From an uncultured Acidobacteriota bacterium (lineage in GTDB: Bacteria; Acidobacteriota; Polarisedimenticolia; J045), in assembly GCA_963702425.1 (NCBI GenBank), contig CAVPCQ010000028.1:35990-99989 (forward strand): a stretch of 64,000 nt of DNA, written 5' to 3'. Position numbers and translations under genes: made by a program. The notes under the pieces are model-generated. The model was not told the origin of the DNA. It searched no databases and saw nothing but the letters and a program-made list of their open reading frames with translations. This document shows positions 16,540 through 28,570 of this stretch, piece by piece; the stretch's first letter is position 1; each line of letters begins with the position of its first letter.

Positions 16540-19500
16540 CTACGGTGCCGCCAGCACGTCGCCCCAGACGAGGCTGTCACCCCAGACCAGGGCGTCGCCC
16601 CAGATCACGCTGTCGCCCCAGACCAGGGCGTCGCCCCAGATCACGCTTCCGCCCCAGATCACGCTCTGGCCCCAGAAGCGGTTGTTGTCGTAGTCCGGCT
16701 CGCCCCAGACGACGTTGTCGCCCCAGACGTAGCTGCCGCCCCAGACGTAGGCGTCGCCCCAGACGTAGGCGTCGCCCCAGATCCGGCTGTGGGTGTAGAT
16801 CGCGTCGCCCCAGATCACGCTGTTGCCCCAGATCAGGGCGTCGCCCCAGATCAGGGCCTGCCCGTCGATCGTGGTCGACTTGGTGACGCCGGTCACCAGC
16901 CAGGTGCTGTCGACCGGGAGCGTGGGGTTGATGGCGTGGGCCAGCGTGAGCGCCCCGGCGGTGTTCAACGCGCCGGCCCCTTGCGCCAGCACGTGGTACG
17001 GCTGGCTGGCGGCGTCGGTCATCGGGCACGCCGTCACTTGCAGCATCGCCTTGATCGCGTGGACCGGCGGCGCCGCGCCGAAGGTCGCCTTCGCTTCCTC
17101 GATCATCAGCGCGACGGTGCCACTCACCGCTGCGGCCGCCATGCTCGTGCCGCTCAGCGTCAGGTACGGCCGGGTGCTGATCGTCTGCCGCAGCGCCGGG
17201 TAGTTCGTGTAGAGCGTCTGATTCGTCGCCGCGGCCGCGAGCAGCCGGCGAACCGGGCGCGACCAGGTCGGGCTTGGCGAAGCCGTCGTACCAGGTCGGG
17301 CCGCGCGAGCTGTAGTCGGCGATGACGTCGTCACCGCGCGTCGCCGTGTCGAAGGTCCTGATCGCCCCCACCGTGATGGCCGAAGGTGCGTTGCCCGGCG
17401 AGCTGATGCCGGTGTAGCCCACCTCGCCCGTCTGCGGGTTGGTCCCGTAGTTTCCGGCCGAGACCACCACGACGAGGTGCGCCCGCACGGCCGCTTCCAC
17501 CGCCTGCACCAGCGGGTCGCTCGCCGCGGGCTCGTAGATCGGGTGGCCGAGCGACAGGTTGAGGACGTCGATGCCGTAGGTGGCCTTGTTGGCGATGGCC
17601 CAATGCACCGCGGCGATCACGTTGCTCGTGTAGCCGGACCCGTCGTTGCCGAGGACCCGCAGGCTGACGTACGCGGCGGCCGGAGCAACGCCCTTGCAAC
17701 TCCGCCAGGTCGCCCGCCGATGAGTCCGGCGACATGCGTGCCGTGGCCGTAGCCGTCGAGCGGCCTCGATGTGCGGGGGGTTGGCATTGCCGGTCGTGAA
17801 GTCGCGCGTCGTCTTGATCCGGCCCGTGCCGCCGCCGTCCTGCAGCAGCCCGGAGTCGATCACCGCCACCGTCACGCCCGCGCCGGTGCGCGTGGTCAGC
17901 GGCGCGGTGCTCGGTCAGCGAGTCGAGCCCCAGCGTGCCGCGCAGGCTCTTGGTGCCAGCGCGTTCGCCGGGACCAGCGTGGCCGTCCGGTTGGCGGCGA
18001 ACTCGGAGGTGTCGCTGAAGGTGGTGAACGTGTTGTTGCTCTTGGTCGCCGCCGCACTGACGACCGGGTCTGCCCGCGACCGCCGCTGAAGGTGGTCGCG
18101 GAAGCTGGCGATGCCCGGGCATGGCTCGCGACGTGGACCGCGCCCAGATAGGTCTGGCCGACGCCGTAGCCCGGCTGTCGGCGCTCGCGTTGCCGAAGAA
18201 CTCGACGCGGTAGTAGCTGTTGGCCGTGCTGTTCAGCGTGCCGGTGATCTCGACCTGCGTGCCGCTCGTTACGGACCTTGGTCAGGACCGGGAAGTTCTG
18301 CTGGTTGTTAGACGCCCGTGTCCGCATCGCCCGCGTCGTTGGCGGTGACGCCGTCATCATTGAAGATCGATGCCCCATACCGGTAGTTGGAGTAGATGCT
18401 GTTGCCCAGAATCGGCGTTGCTCGTCCGGCGTCGGAGCGGAACTCGACGCCGTCGCCAGCGGTTGTTGAACGCGATGACGTTGCCGATGCCCGCCGCCGT
18501 GCCGCCGACGATGTTTCTGGTCGCACTGCGCGTAGAGCGATGACCCATCTGCCAGCTGGTGCCCAAGCTGACCTGCACCCGCCGCGCCGGGGGTGATGGA
18601 GTTGCCGGGTGACCTGGTCGCCCGTGAAGATCGGCGGATGGCTCGACGCCGGCCACGTCGGTCGCCGCGATGACATGCGTCACCACGAGCGGTCGCTCCG
18701 ACGACGTTGTCGGCGGCTTCACCATGATAGTAGATCGGCCAGCGCTGTTGCTGTTGTCGAGCGCCCCGGCGGCATCCGTCCGATGTAGTTGACGAGGACC
18801 ACGCCGCCGGTGGAGCTGGCACCCTCGAGACACGACTTCGATCCGTCCTTTGCGCCGTGATCACGATGAGGATCGGCGATGTGGTGCCGCCGATCGTGTT
18901 GTTGCGCCGGAGCACTGTGATCCCGATGACCTTGGTAGTCGACTTCCGGTGCCGGAACCGGCAGCGGTCCCGGTCGGCGTGAGCCTCCCGATGTAGTTGC
19001 CGGCGATCGTGTTGCTGTCGGAGCCAGGCCTGGATCTCGATGCCGTCCCGCCGAAGTCGCGGATCACTAGCCTCGGATCGACGCGACCGTACGCGCGAGA
19101 GTGCGAGCAGGAGACCGTGAGGCGCAGCCTCTGGCGTTGGTGCCGTCGAGGATGATCGCCGGCCTGTTGCCGATCGGCGACAAAGCTGTCGTCCGTGGTG
19201 GCGTCGAGAATGACGTGCTGGTGATGGTCGGTAGCGCCGAGCTCGGCGTGATCGTGTGCCGCCGGTGCCGGCGATGTTGAATCGGATCGTGCCGCCCAGG
19301 CATGGTCGTTGGCGTCGAAGATCGCCTGGCGCAGCGAGCCGGCGCCCGAGTTGCTCGTGTTGGTCACGGTGTAGATCGTGCCACCGTCGGCCCACGAGGA
19401 CCTACGCTGCGTCGGAGGACAGGCTCACCACGTCCTGGTGCTTCTGCAGCGCCCGCAGCAGGCCCACCGGCACCTCGCCGGCGAAGCCGTCGATCAGGGA

Positions 19501-19746
19501 GAAGTCGTGCTTCACCCGCGCGCCCTGGGCACGCAGGGCTTTCACGAGCTGGCCCTTGGTCCCCGGCTTCATCGTCACGATCACGCGCTGGGGTTCGTCG
19601 TCCCCGGCGCGGAGGAGACGGTCCGCCAGCTCGCGGTCCACGCGCGCACCCTGCGGCTCCCGGTCAGGCCGGGCGTCGGGCGCGACGGCGAAGACGAGGC
19701 CGACCGAGAGAAGGAGGATCGAGATCCAGATGCCAGCGCGTCTCAT
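16540..19746 (-). CDS. Second S8 protease: signal peptide, prodomain, inserted beta-helix domain, S8 domain, WG repeats (multiply frameshifted in this sequence)
   Basis: Start MRRAGIWISILLLSVGL at 19746; prodomain to about 19400; TNTSNSGAGSLRQAIFDAN beta-helix cap; VAVIDSG, HGTHVAG and GTSMAAA recovered across frames; 15 WG repeats before the stop at 16540. Confidence 0.8.
16558..16860 (-). repeat. 18-bp coding repeats encoding xx[IV]WG[DGN] (15 units)
   Basis: GCCCCAGA recurs with 18-bp period. Confidence 0.9.
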
Positions 19747-19954
19747 GGGTAAGCTCCTGTGCCGGCTGCGGGAGCCGGCGCACTCCAGGGAGCAAGGCGT
19801 GTGCCGTTCGCGCCGCCCCACGAAGCAGCCGATAAGTCGCGTGAGATCAACGATATCGCTGGAGCGCGCGAGGCCAGCGGGTGCCGCCCGTGGCCGTCCG
19901 GTCGGCCATTCCGTCGCGGCGTCCTGGCCGGTTTCCGGACGGAGCGTCCGAGGG
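19695..19954. repeat. About 260-bp duplicated signal-peptide plus promoter module, copy 2
   Basis: Matches 16032-16291. Confidence 0.92.
19791..19806 (-). promoter_or_regulatory. Sigma-54 (-24/-12) promoter of S8 protease 2
   Basis: Minus strand CGGCACACGCCTTGCT, GG-N10-GC. Confidence 0.75.
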
Positions 19955-19996
19955 CCGGGCCTCCGGCAGACGGGACGCCCCATCGATAATCGCCGC

Positions 19997-20260
19997 ATGG
20001 ACACCCCCGAGATCGCCGCCCTCCTCGCCCACCTGCGCCTGGGGCTTCGCCACGCCGCACCAGTCCCGAAGTCCCGTTCCGCGCGAGGCCAACCACCTGC
20101 TGGCCGCCCTCGCGGAAGCACTCGAGCGCCGCGACGCGGCCCTCGACCCCGCCCTCGACGAAGCCGCGCTGGTGGCGCTCGAGCTGCTCGCGGAGGAGGA
20201 CCTCGAGCTGCTCGCCGGGGACGGCCTCGACCTCGACGCGCTGGGCCGAGTCGGTCGCAG
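19997..20260 (+). pseudogene. Truncated copy of the N-terminus of the AMP-binding fusion gene at 31014
   Basis: MDTPEIAALLAHLRLGLRHAA...EAALVALELLAEEDLELLAGDGLDLDALGRVG versus MDTPDLAALLAQLRLGLRHAA...ENALVALELLAQEDLALLAGDGLDLDALGRVG; similarity stops near 20255; the upstream CGATAATC is also shared. Confidence 0.75.
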
Positions 20261-20536
20261 CCGCACGCGGGGCGCACCGCCCGGACCGCGCCGCGCGGCC
20301 TCCGAGTGCGATCTGCCCGTCCGCAATCGTTCGCGTCCGCGCCTCGATGCGCACCCCGGTCCGTTCATCCTCGCGAGATCGCTCCTTACAAGGAACGACT
20401 CGCGAGGAAACCTCCGAGCCGCGCTTGACGCTCCGCAGGGGGAGGCGTAAGCAAGACGGAAGCCCAGAGGGAGCCGGTGCGAGCCGAGCGCTCGCGTCTG
20501 CCGGCCTGCACGCGGCGCCGCTGAGGGGAGGCGGCG

Positions 20537-21229
20537 ATGAAGTCACTGCCTGGCGCGGTCCCGGAAGCGGGCGGAAGGCGGCGCGCGCCGGCGAGGGACG
20601 CGCGCATCCTCAGCCTCGCGTGCCTCGCGCTCCCGGCGCTCGTCCTGGCGCTGGTGACGTCCGGCGCCGTCGCGTCCACCGTGCGCCCGCTCAACCTCGA
20701 GGAGCTGACGGGGCGCGCGGCGCAGGTCTTCGTCGGTCGCTGTACGGCCGTCGAGATCGTGACCGACGAGGTGCTCGGAGTGCCGGTGGCGGTCGCGACG
20801 TTCGAAGTCCGCGCCGTGCTCAAGGGCGCGGTCGCGCGAACCGTCACGATCCGCCAGCTCCCGGTCGCGGACGGCACCGCCGGCGGGCCTGCCGGCATCG
20901 CGGGGATGCCCGCGACACGGCCGGGGGAAGAGGTCCTGCTCTTCCTCTACGGCGCGACGGCCTCGCGCCTGACCGCACCGGTCGGGTTCGGGCAGGGGAA
21001 GTTCGCGGTCGTCGCCGACAAGTCCGGGCGACGCTTCGCGGTCAACGGATTCGGCAACCGGCACCTGTTCCGCGGCCTGACGGACGCGACCCGGCAGCGG
21101 CTCGGCCTGACCCCCGCTGACGCCGCGGATCCGGGCGCGCTGCCGCTGGAGCGGCTCGCCGCGATGGTGCGCACGCTCGTCGCCGCACCGGCGGAGACGC
21201 CCGCGCCGGCGCCCGGGGAGGGGCGATGA
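20537..21229 (+). CDS. Exported hypothetical protein of the type found before matrixin-like proteases (possible propeptide/inhibitor, OB-like fold)
   Basis: Signal peptide then STVRPLNLEELTGRAAQVFVGRC...TFEVRAVLKG...GEEVLLFL...PVGFGQGKF; GGAGG RBS; ATGA overlap with next gene. Confidence 0.75.
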   Translation: MKSLPGAVPEAGGRRRAPARDARILSLACLALPALVLALVTSGAVASTVRPLNLEELTGRAAQVFVGRCTAVEIVTDEVLGVPVAVATFEVRAVLKGAVARTVTIRQLPVADGTAGGPAGIAGMPATRPGEEVLLFLYGATASRLTAPVGFGQGKFAVVADKSGRRFAVNGFGNRHLFRGLTDATRQRLGLTPADAADPGALPLERLAAMVRTLVAAPAETPAPAPGEGR

Positions 21230-24200
21230 GCGCGCGCGCCGGCGGTGTGCAGCGGCCCTGGCGCTCGCCGTCGCCCCGCGCTCGCCGGCGGTGCGCGGAG
21301 CGTCAACGGCCTGGGCCAGCCGATGGCGTGGCCGGCGGGCGCTCCGGTGGTCTACAACCCGGACGAGGGCTCGCTCGGCGTGCTCTCGAACGCGGACGCG
21401 CGCGACGCTCGTCGGGCAGGCCTTCGCCGAATGGGAGTCGGTGTAGGTCGTCGCCCCGCTGTTCTTCGACGACGTGGAGCGCGGCGTCCGGAGGCTGGAG
21501 CGTCGACGCGGCCGTCGGCGCGAACCCGTGGTCCCGTCGTCGGCGCGATCGAACAGCCCGATGACGAGCTGGCACTTCCCCGGTGCCGACCGGATCAGCG
21601 ACTCTCGCCTGCTGCTGCAGCCACTCGCACGTGCTCCCCGCGCACGCGACGCTCCGCTTCCAGCACCGGGTCGAGCTGGAGGCCGGCTACGACGGCGGCG
21701 TGCTCGAGTTCAGCCTCGACGGCGGGACGGTCTGGCAGGACGCAGGCGCGATGATCGTCGAGAACGGGTACGACGGGACGCTCTCGACCTGCTGCGGCTC
21801 GCCGCTCGGCGGCCGCGCCGCGTGGTCCGGCAGCCACCGGCGCGTTCCGGCAGGTCACCGTCGACCTCGCGCCGCTCGCGGGGCAGAACGTGCGCCTCAG
21901 GTGGCGCGGGGCGACCGACAGCTCGGTCGGCGCCGAAGGCTGGTACGTCGACGACGTCAAGGTGACGTTCGAGCACCCCGTGCTCTCCTTCGTCGAGGGG
22001 CCGACGCTGCCGTGCAGGACGTCGACGCCGCGGGCGTCCCCGCGACCAACGCCGCGCACTGGAAGCACTTCTGGCGCGTCGACGGCGACGGCCTCTCGCC
22101 CGTGATCTTCGACGCCGACGGCTCGATCATCGACTCGATGTTCGGCGCCGGGGCGCGCTTCGACATCCTGGGCGTCGCGGCGATCGACACGCCGATCGCG
22201 GTCGCGACGGCGATCACCGGCGCGAGCATCGTCGTCAACGGCGCGTTCCTCGACGGCGCTCGGCCTGCCGGACTCGCCCCCGGACGTGCCGACGATCGAG
22301 GCCGTCCGCGCGATCGTCGTCCACGAGGCCGGCCACTTCGTCAACCTCGATCACAGCGTCGTCAACGCCGAGCTGGCCGACGACGGTGACCCCGCCAACG
22401 ACATCTACGTCCCGACGATGTATCCCGTGGCCGTGGACGACGAGGCCCAGATCGCGCGGCTCAACCCCGACGATGGCGCGGCGCTCTTCGGTCTCTACCG
22501 GAGCGAGGGACCGCTGCTCGCCGGGACGGTCGTCGTCGCGGGACTGCCCTACCAGGGCGCCGAGGTGATCGCCCGCCGCATGGACGATCCGCTGCTCTAC
22601 GCCTACTCGGCGGTCTCCGGGGCGCGTTTCTTCCCCTGCCACGCCGGCTCACCGTGCGACCCCTGCACGACCGCGTGCGATCCCGGCCACCCGCCCGAGC
22701 GCGGCGCCTACACGATCCGCGGGCTCGAGCCCGGCAGCTACGAAGTGACGCTGAGCCAGCTCGACACGCGCTTCGCGCTCGCCAACGGGACCTTCGTCGG
22801 GCCGCTCGCCACGCCGCCGACCCTGCCCGGGCCGGAGGAGTGCTGGGACGCCTCGGAATCGGCCTCGGGCGACGCGGACGACCCGGACGCGTGCACCCCG
22901 CTGACGCTCGGCCGGCAGGGGGGGATCGACATCCATCTCGACGCGCTCCCCTCCAGCGACGGCAACGAGCCGAACGACTCGCGGGCGACCGCGGCGCCGC
23001 TCCCCGGCCTGGCGTCGGGCCGGGAGACGGCGGGGGCGACGCTCGCGCCCGGCGACGTCGACTTCTACGAGATTCCGGTGACCGGGGGTCGGAGGCTGGA
23101 CGATCGACGTCGATGCGGCCGAGGTCGGTTCGCGCGCTCGATCCGGTGGCTGCGCTCTTCGACGCCGCCGGGACGATGCTGGCCGGCTCCGACGACGCGC
23201 TGGACCCCGACTCCGGCGCCTTCTCGAAGGACCCGGCGCTGGAGTTCGTCCCGGCGGCCGACGGCACGGTCTGGCTCGCCGTCGCGAGCTATCCCGACAC
23301 CGACTTCGACGGTGCGGGAGGGGTCAGCGCCGGCGCCTACTGGCTGCGCGTCGTGCACGACGGGGACGCGGACGGCGACGGCGTCGCGAGCGCAAGCGAC
23401 AACTGCCCGACCGTGACGAACTCCGGGCAGCTCGACAGCGACGCCGATGGGATCGGCGACGCCTGCGACGACGACGACGACGGGGACCTGCTTCCCGACG
23501 AGACCGAGTGGGCCTTCGGGACCGACCCGCTGAACCCCGACACCGACGGCGACGGCGTGCCGGACGGCGTCGAGGTGCTGCGCGGGACCTCGCCGATCGA
23601 CGCCGGCTGGATGCCGGGGATCTTCGGCGCGCCCCAGTCGGTCGACGCGGAACTGGAGGCGACCTGTCTGTTCGCCGCGGACCTTGATGGCGACGGCGAC
23701 CTCGATCTGCTCGTGGGGCGCGACACCGCGGGCACCGACGAGGTGGCCTGGTACGAGAGGACCGCGACCGGAAGCTACGCTGCGCACACGATCTCGACGG
23801 CCGTGAACGGGCCGCGCGCGGTCTTCGCCGCCGATCTGGACCGCGACGGGGATCTCGACGCGCTGTCCGCCTCGTACGGCGACGCGACGATCGCCTGGTA
23901 CGCGAACACGAACGGCGCCGGCTTGTTCGGGCCGCAGCAGGTGATCGCCGAGGACGCCGACCAGGCGCGCTCGGTCCATCGCCGCGGACATCGACGGCGA
24001 CTCGTACCCCGACGTGCTGGCGACGACCGAGCTCTACGACCAGGTCCTCTGGTACCGCAACGACCGCACGCCGGGCGGACTCGGCGACTGGGATGGCGAC
24101 GTGATCGCGAACACCTAGCGACGACGCACGCGGCCGTGATCGCGGCCGACATCGATCGCGACGGCGATCTCGACGCGGTCTCCGTCGCGAACGGCCGGGC

Positions 24201-27200
24201 GAAGGGTCCGACCGGCATCTCCTGGCACCCCAACCTCGAGCGGCGACGGCAGCTTCTGGAACCCGCAGCAGATTTCCACGATCTCCGCATCCGCAGGCGA
24301 TCGCGTCCGGCGACGTCGATCGCGACGGCGATCCCGACGTGCTCTCGGGGGCGTGCCTCGACACGACCGTCGCCTGGCACGAGAACGACGGCACGCCGGG
24401 CGGGCTCGGCGACTGGGCCCAACGGACGATCGACGCCGCCGCGGCCTGTCCGGTCGCGGTCGCGCTCGCCGACGCGGACGGGGACGGCGACGACGAGGTC
24501 TTCGCCGCCCTGCGCGACCACGAGCTGACTTGGTACGAGCAACTCGACGGGGCCGGGGGGTTCGGCCCGCCGCAGGTCCTCCGGGGTGGCGTCGGCGCCC
24601 CGATCGCGGTGGTGGCGGCTGACCTCGACGGCGACGGCGACCCCGACCTGGCGGCGCTCTCCGGCCTGCGCGACAAGAACGGCACGCCGCTCCGCGGCCT
24701 CGTCCTGGTCCCCAACGACTCGATCCACCGCGGGCATGAGGTACTCCGAGGAACGGCTGATCGGCAGCGGCGAGCGCGGCGCAGCCGCGGTCGTGGCGGC
24801 CGACCTCGATCGCGACGGCGACCCCGACGCGGTCGTCGCGTCGAGCGACGACCATCGCCTCGCCTGGTACCAGAACCTCGACGGCGCCGGCAGCTTCGGC
24901 CCGCGGCGCACGGTCTCGACCGCGTTCGTCGCGCTCGAGGACGTCGTCGCCGCAGACGTCGACGGCGACGGTGACCTCGACCTGGTCGCCGCCTCGAGCG
25001 GCGACGCCACGGTCTCGTGGTTCGAGAACCTCGACGGCCTCGGGACCTTCGGCAGCCGGCACGTCGTCGGCGCGCCCGTGACGCGACCGCTGTCGCTCGC
25101 CGCGGGGGACCTCGACGACGACGGCGACCAGGACCTCGTCGTCGGCTCCGGCGCGACCGTCTCGTGGTACGTCAACGACGACGGCGCGGGCGGCTTCGGT
25201 GGGCCGTACCTGATCAGCAGCGCGGTGGTCGACGCGCACGGCGTCGCCGTGGCCGACGTCGATCGCGACGGGAAGCGCGACGTCGTCTCGGCTTCCACGG
25301 GGGACGACAGGGTCGCCTGGTACCGCAACCTCGGCGCCCCGTCGTTCGGTCCGCAGCAGGTCGTCGACGGCGACGCGGCCGGGCCGACGGCGGTGGCCGT
25401 CGCCGATATCGATGGCGACGGCGATCCCGACCTGCTGGTGGCGCAGCGCGACGCCAACCGCGTCCGTTGGTACCCGAACCTCAACGGGCACGGCGTCTTC
25501 GGCGCGTCGAACCCCGTCGGGGACCGGGTCTACGGCGCGAGTGCGGTCGCCGCGGCCGACCTCGACGGCGACGGCGACCTCGACGTGCTCTCCACCTCCG
25601 GGAGCCGCGACGAGGTCTTCGCCCACGAGAACCTCGACGGCGCCGGGACCTTCGGCCCGCTGGACGCCTTCGAGGGCGACCCGGTCGGTCCGAGCGACGT
25701 CGCGGCCGCGGACGTCGACCGCGACGGCGACCTCGACGCGTTCGCGGTGGGGCGGGGGGACGGCGAGCTGGCCTGGTACCCGAACCACGGCGGGCAGTAC
25801 GACTTCGCGGACCTCGACGTGGCGCCGCCGGTCGCCTTCGACGGCGACGCCGTGGCGCTGCTGAAGATCACGCTGGCCCACCGCGGGCGGGCCGGCGACT
25901 CGCCGCTGGCGCCGGCCGAGTTCGGCCTGCGGGTCCTGCTCCAGGGGGTCGAGGCCCCGACCGCGGCGCAGCTCAACGCCGTGATCGACGTGCTCTGGCT
26001 GCTCCTCGACGACGGCTCCGGCGCGTTCGAGCCGGGCGCCGACACGCCGGTCGCGGCACTCGACTGGCTGGCGGACTACGACGTGACGTTCCCCTTCACG
26101 CTCGGGGACGAGACGGTCGAGGTCCCCGCCGCCGGCTCGAAGACCTTCTTCGTCGTCGCCACGCTGTCGAAGGACGCCTCGCGGCAGGAGCCGCACGCGG
26201 TGGGCGTGATCCACCGGACCGACCCGGGCAGCGTCGTGCGCGACGCCGTGTCGGGCCGGGCGCTCCGGCCCGAGCGCTCGCCGGCGATGACGTCGGGCAC
26301 CTGCACCGCGCTGCCGCGCGAGACCGTTCCGCCGTTCGTGATCGCGGTCCTCCCCGCCGACGGCGCACAGAACGTCGCCCCCAGCACGGAGATCCTGGTC
26401 CTGCTCTCCGAGCCGATCGACCCGGGCAGCGTCGGGCCCGGCGCGGCCTGGCTGGAGCGCGACGGCGTCAAGGTCCCGGGCAGCGTCCACGCCGCCACCG
26501 GCAACGCCCAGCTCGTGATCGACCCCGCGTCCCCGCTGACCCCCGGCGCGCCGTACACGGTGCGCGTCTCCGCGGCGCTCGAGGACCCCGCCGGCAACGG
26601 CGCGCTGCCGTTCGCGTCGCAGTTCCTCGTGCTGACCTACGCCGGATCGGGCCGCATCGGTGCCGGGACGGTCGGCGACGGGGCGAGCGGTGCGGTGATC
26701 CCGGGCACCAACGAGGACGAGCACTTCGGCAGCTCGGTCGCCTCGGTCGGCGATGTGAACGGCGACGGGATCGGGGACCTCGTGATCGGTGCGCCGTACG
26801 CCGACGACGGCGCCGCGGCCGATGCGGGCAAGGCGACGCTGGTCTTCGGCGCGGTCGGCCTGCAGCAGAACGGGAGCACGGCGCTGCGCCTCGACTACCT
26901 CGGCGAGGCGGCAGGCGACGAGGCGGGCACGACGGTCGCGCGCGCCGGCGACGTCAACGGCGACGGCCTGGCCGACTTCGCGATCGGCGCCCCCGCCGCC
27001 GACGGCGGCCGCGGACGGGCCTACGTCGTCTTCGGTCACGCGAACCTGGGGAACCTCGCGGGACAGACGCTGCGCCTGGCGAACCTCGCGGCCTGCGCTG
27101 CGCCGACGACGCTGTGCGGGATCGTCCTCACCGGCGAGCTCGTCGGCGATCGGGCGGGCAGCGCCGTGTCGTACGCCGGGGATCTCGACGCGGACGGATC

Positions 27201-28570
27201 GGACGACCTGCTGGTCGGTGCCCCGGGCGCGAGCCCCGGCGGCCGGGCCGGCGCCGGGATCGGCTTCCTCGTCTACGGCCCGCGCGCGCACGGAGTTCTC
27301 CCGCTGGGGAACGTTGGCGGGTCGGTCCGCGGGATCGTCTTCCATGGCGAGGCCGCGGGAGACGCCGCGGGCGCGTCGGTCTCGGCCTGGGAGGAAGCGC
27401 TGCCCGGCGTGGACGACCTCATTCTCGGCGCCCCCGGCGCGTCGCCGCTCGACGAGTTCGGCGCGCCGCTGGCGGGGGCCGGCTACGTCTACGCGATCCA
27501 CGGCGGGAGCGCGAACCTGGACGCAAAGGCGGCCGCAGGCGTGATCGAGCTGACGCGGGTGGCGAGCGGCGAGCCCGATCAGGTGGCCGGCGTCGTCTTC
27601 CTCGGCACCAGCGTGGGCGGCGCGATCGGCCGCTCCGTCGGCGGCAGCGCCGACCTCGACGGCGACGGCACGCCCGACGTCGCGTTCGGCGCGAACGGCG
27701 AGGCCTGGGTGATCCCCGGCAGCGGGCCGAAGACGGTCAGCGGGAACACCGACATCCGGCCGCCGACGAAAGCGCCCTCTCTGCTCTCGCCGCTCGCGCG
27801 ACAGGCCGGCGGAACGGGTGCGATCGCACAGTTCGGCGCCTACGCGTTCGTCCCGGGGGCGGACGGTCCGCTTGGCGACCTCGTCGTCGCCGGGGCGGGG
27901 GACACCGACGGCGACGGCTTCGACGACCTCGCGATCGGCGCGCCGGACGCCGCCCCGGGAGGCCTGGCCGGCGCCGGCTCGGCCTACCTCGTGCGCGGTG
28001 CGCCGCTGCCGCGCGGCCCGGTGCTCGAGCTGTCGCAGGTCGGGCTGACGATCCCCGGTCTCGTCGTCGACGGCCGCGAGGCGGCGGACGCGCTCGGCAG
28101 CGCGGTCGGCGGCGGCTTCGACGTCAACGGCGACGGGATCGACGACGCCCTGCTCGGGGCGCCGTTCGCCGACGGCGGCAGCACGCCCCACGACGCCGGC
28201 GAGGCGTACGTCGTCTCGCCGCTCGGCCCGGGCGAGGTGGGCCGGCTCGACCTCGCTGCGGCTCGCCCTCGCGTCGGCCCGCCTGGAGTGGAGCGTGGCC
28301 GCCCGCGCGACCTCCTACAACGTGTATCGCGGCGACGTCCTCGGCCTCGCCGCGGCCGGCGGGGCGCGGACCTCGCTGATGCCGCCGCTGGCCTGCGCGA
28401 TCGACGCCGACGCCGACGCGGACGGCCTGCCGGACGTCGCCGACGCGACGGCGCCGGCGGCCGGCGCGTCGTTCGCCTATCTCGTCACGGCGCGCAACCT
28501 GCACGGCGAGGGGCCGCTCGGCGCGGCGAGCGGCGGGGTCCCGCGCGTGCAGGACGCGCCCTGCCCGTGA
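21226..28570 (+). CDS. Giant secreted metzincin (matrixin-like) protease with PPC-like, TSP3, FG-GAP/VCBS, Ig-like and integrin-alpha-type repeats (frameshifted in this sequence)
   Basis: [11 protein letters not shown] zinc motif plus PTMYP Met-turn near 22320-22430; [27 protein letters not shown]3; many [10 protein letters not shown] repeats; [13 protein letters not shown] Ig-like domain; [21 protein letters not shown]; ends QDAPCP*. Pieces lie in different frames. Confidence 0.75.

Noticed and set aside
14510-16860. CRISPR or DGR-like repeats; Argonaute-binding GW hooks
   Set aside because: They are in-frame 18-bp coding repeats of secreted proteins; no reverse transcriptase, cas or Argonaute gene is in the window.
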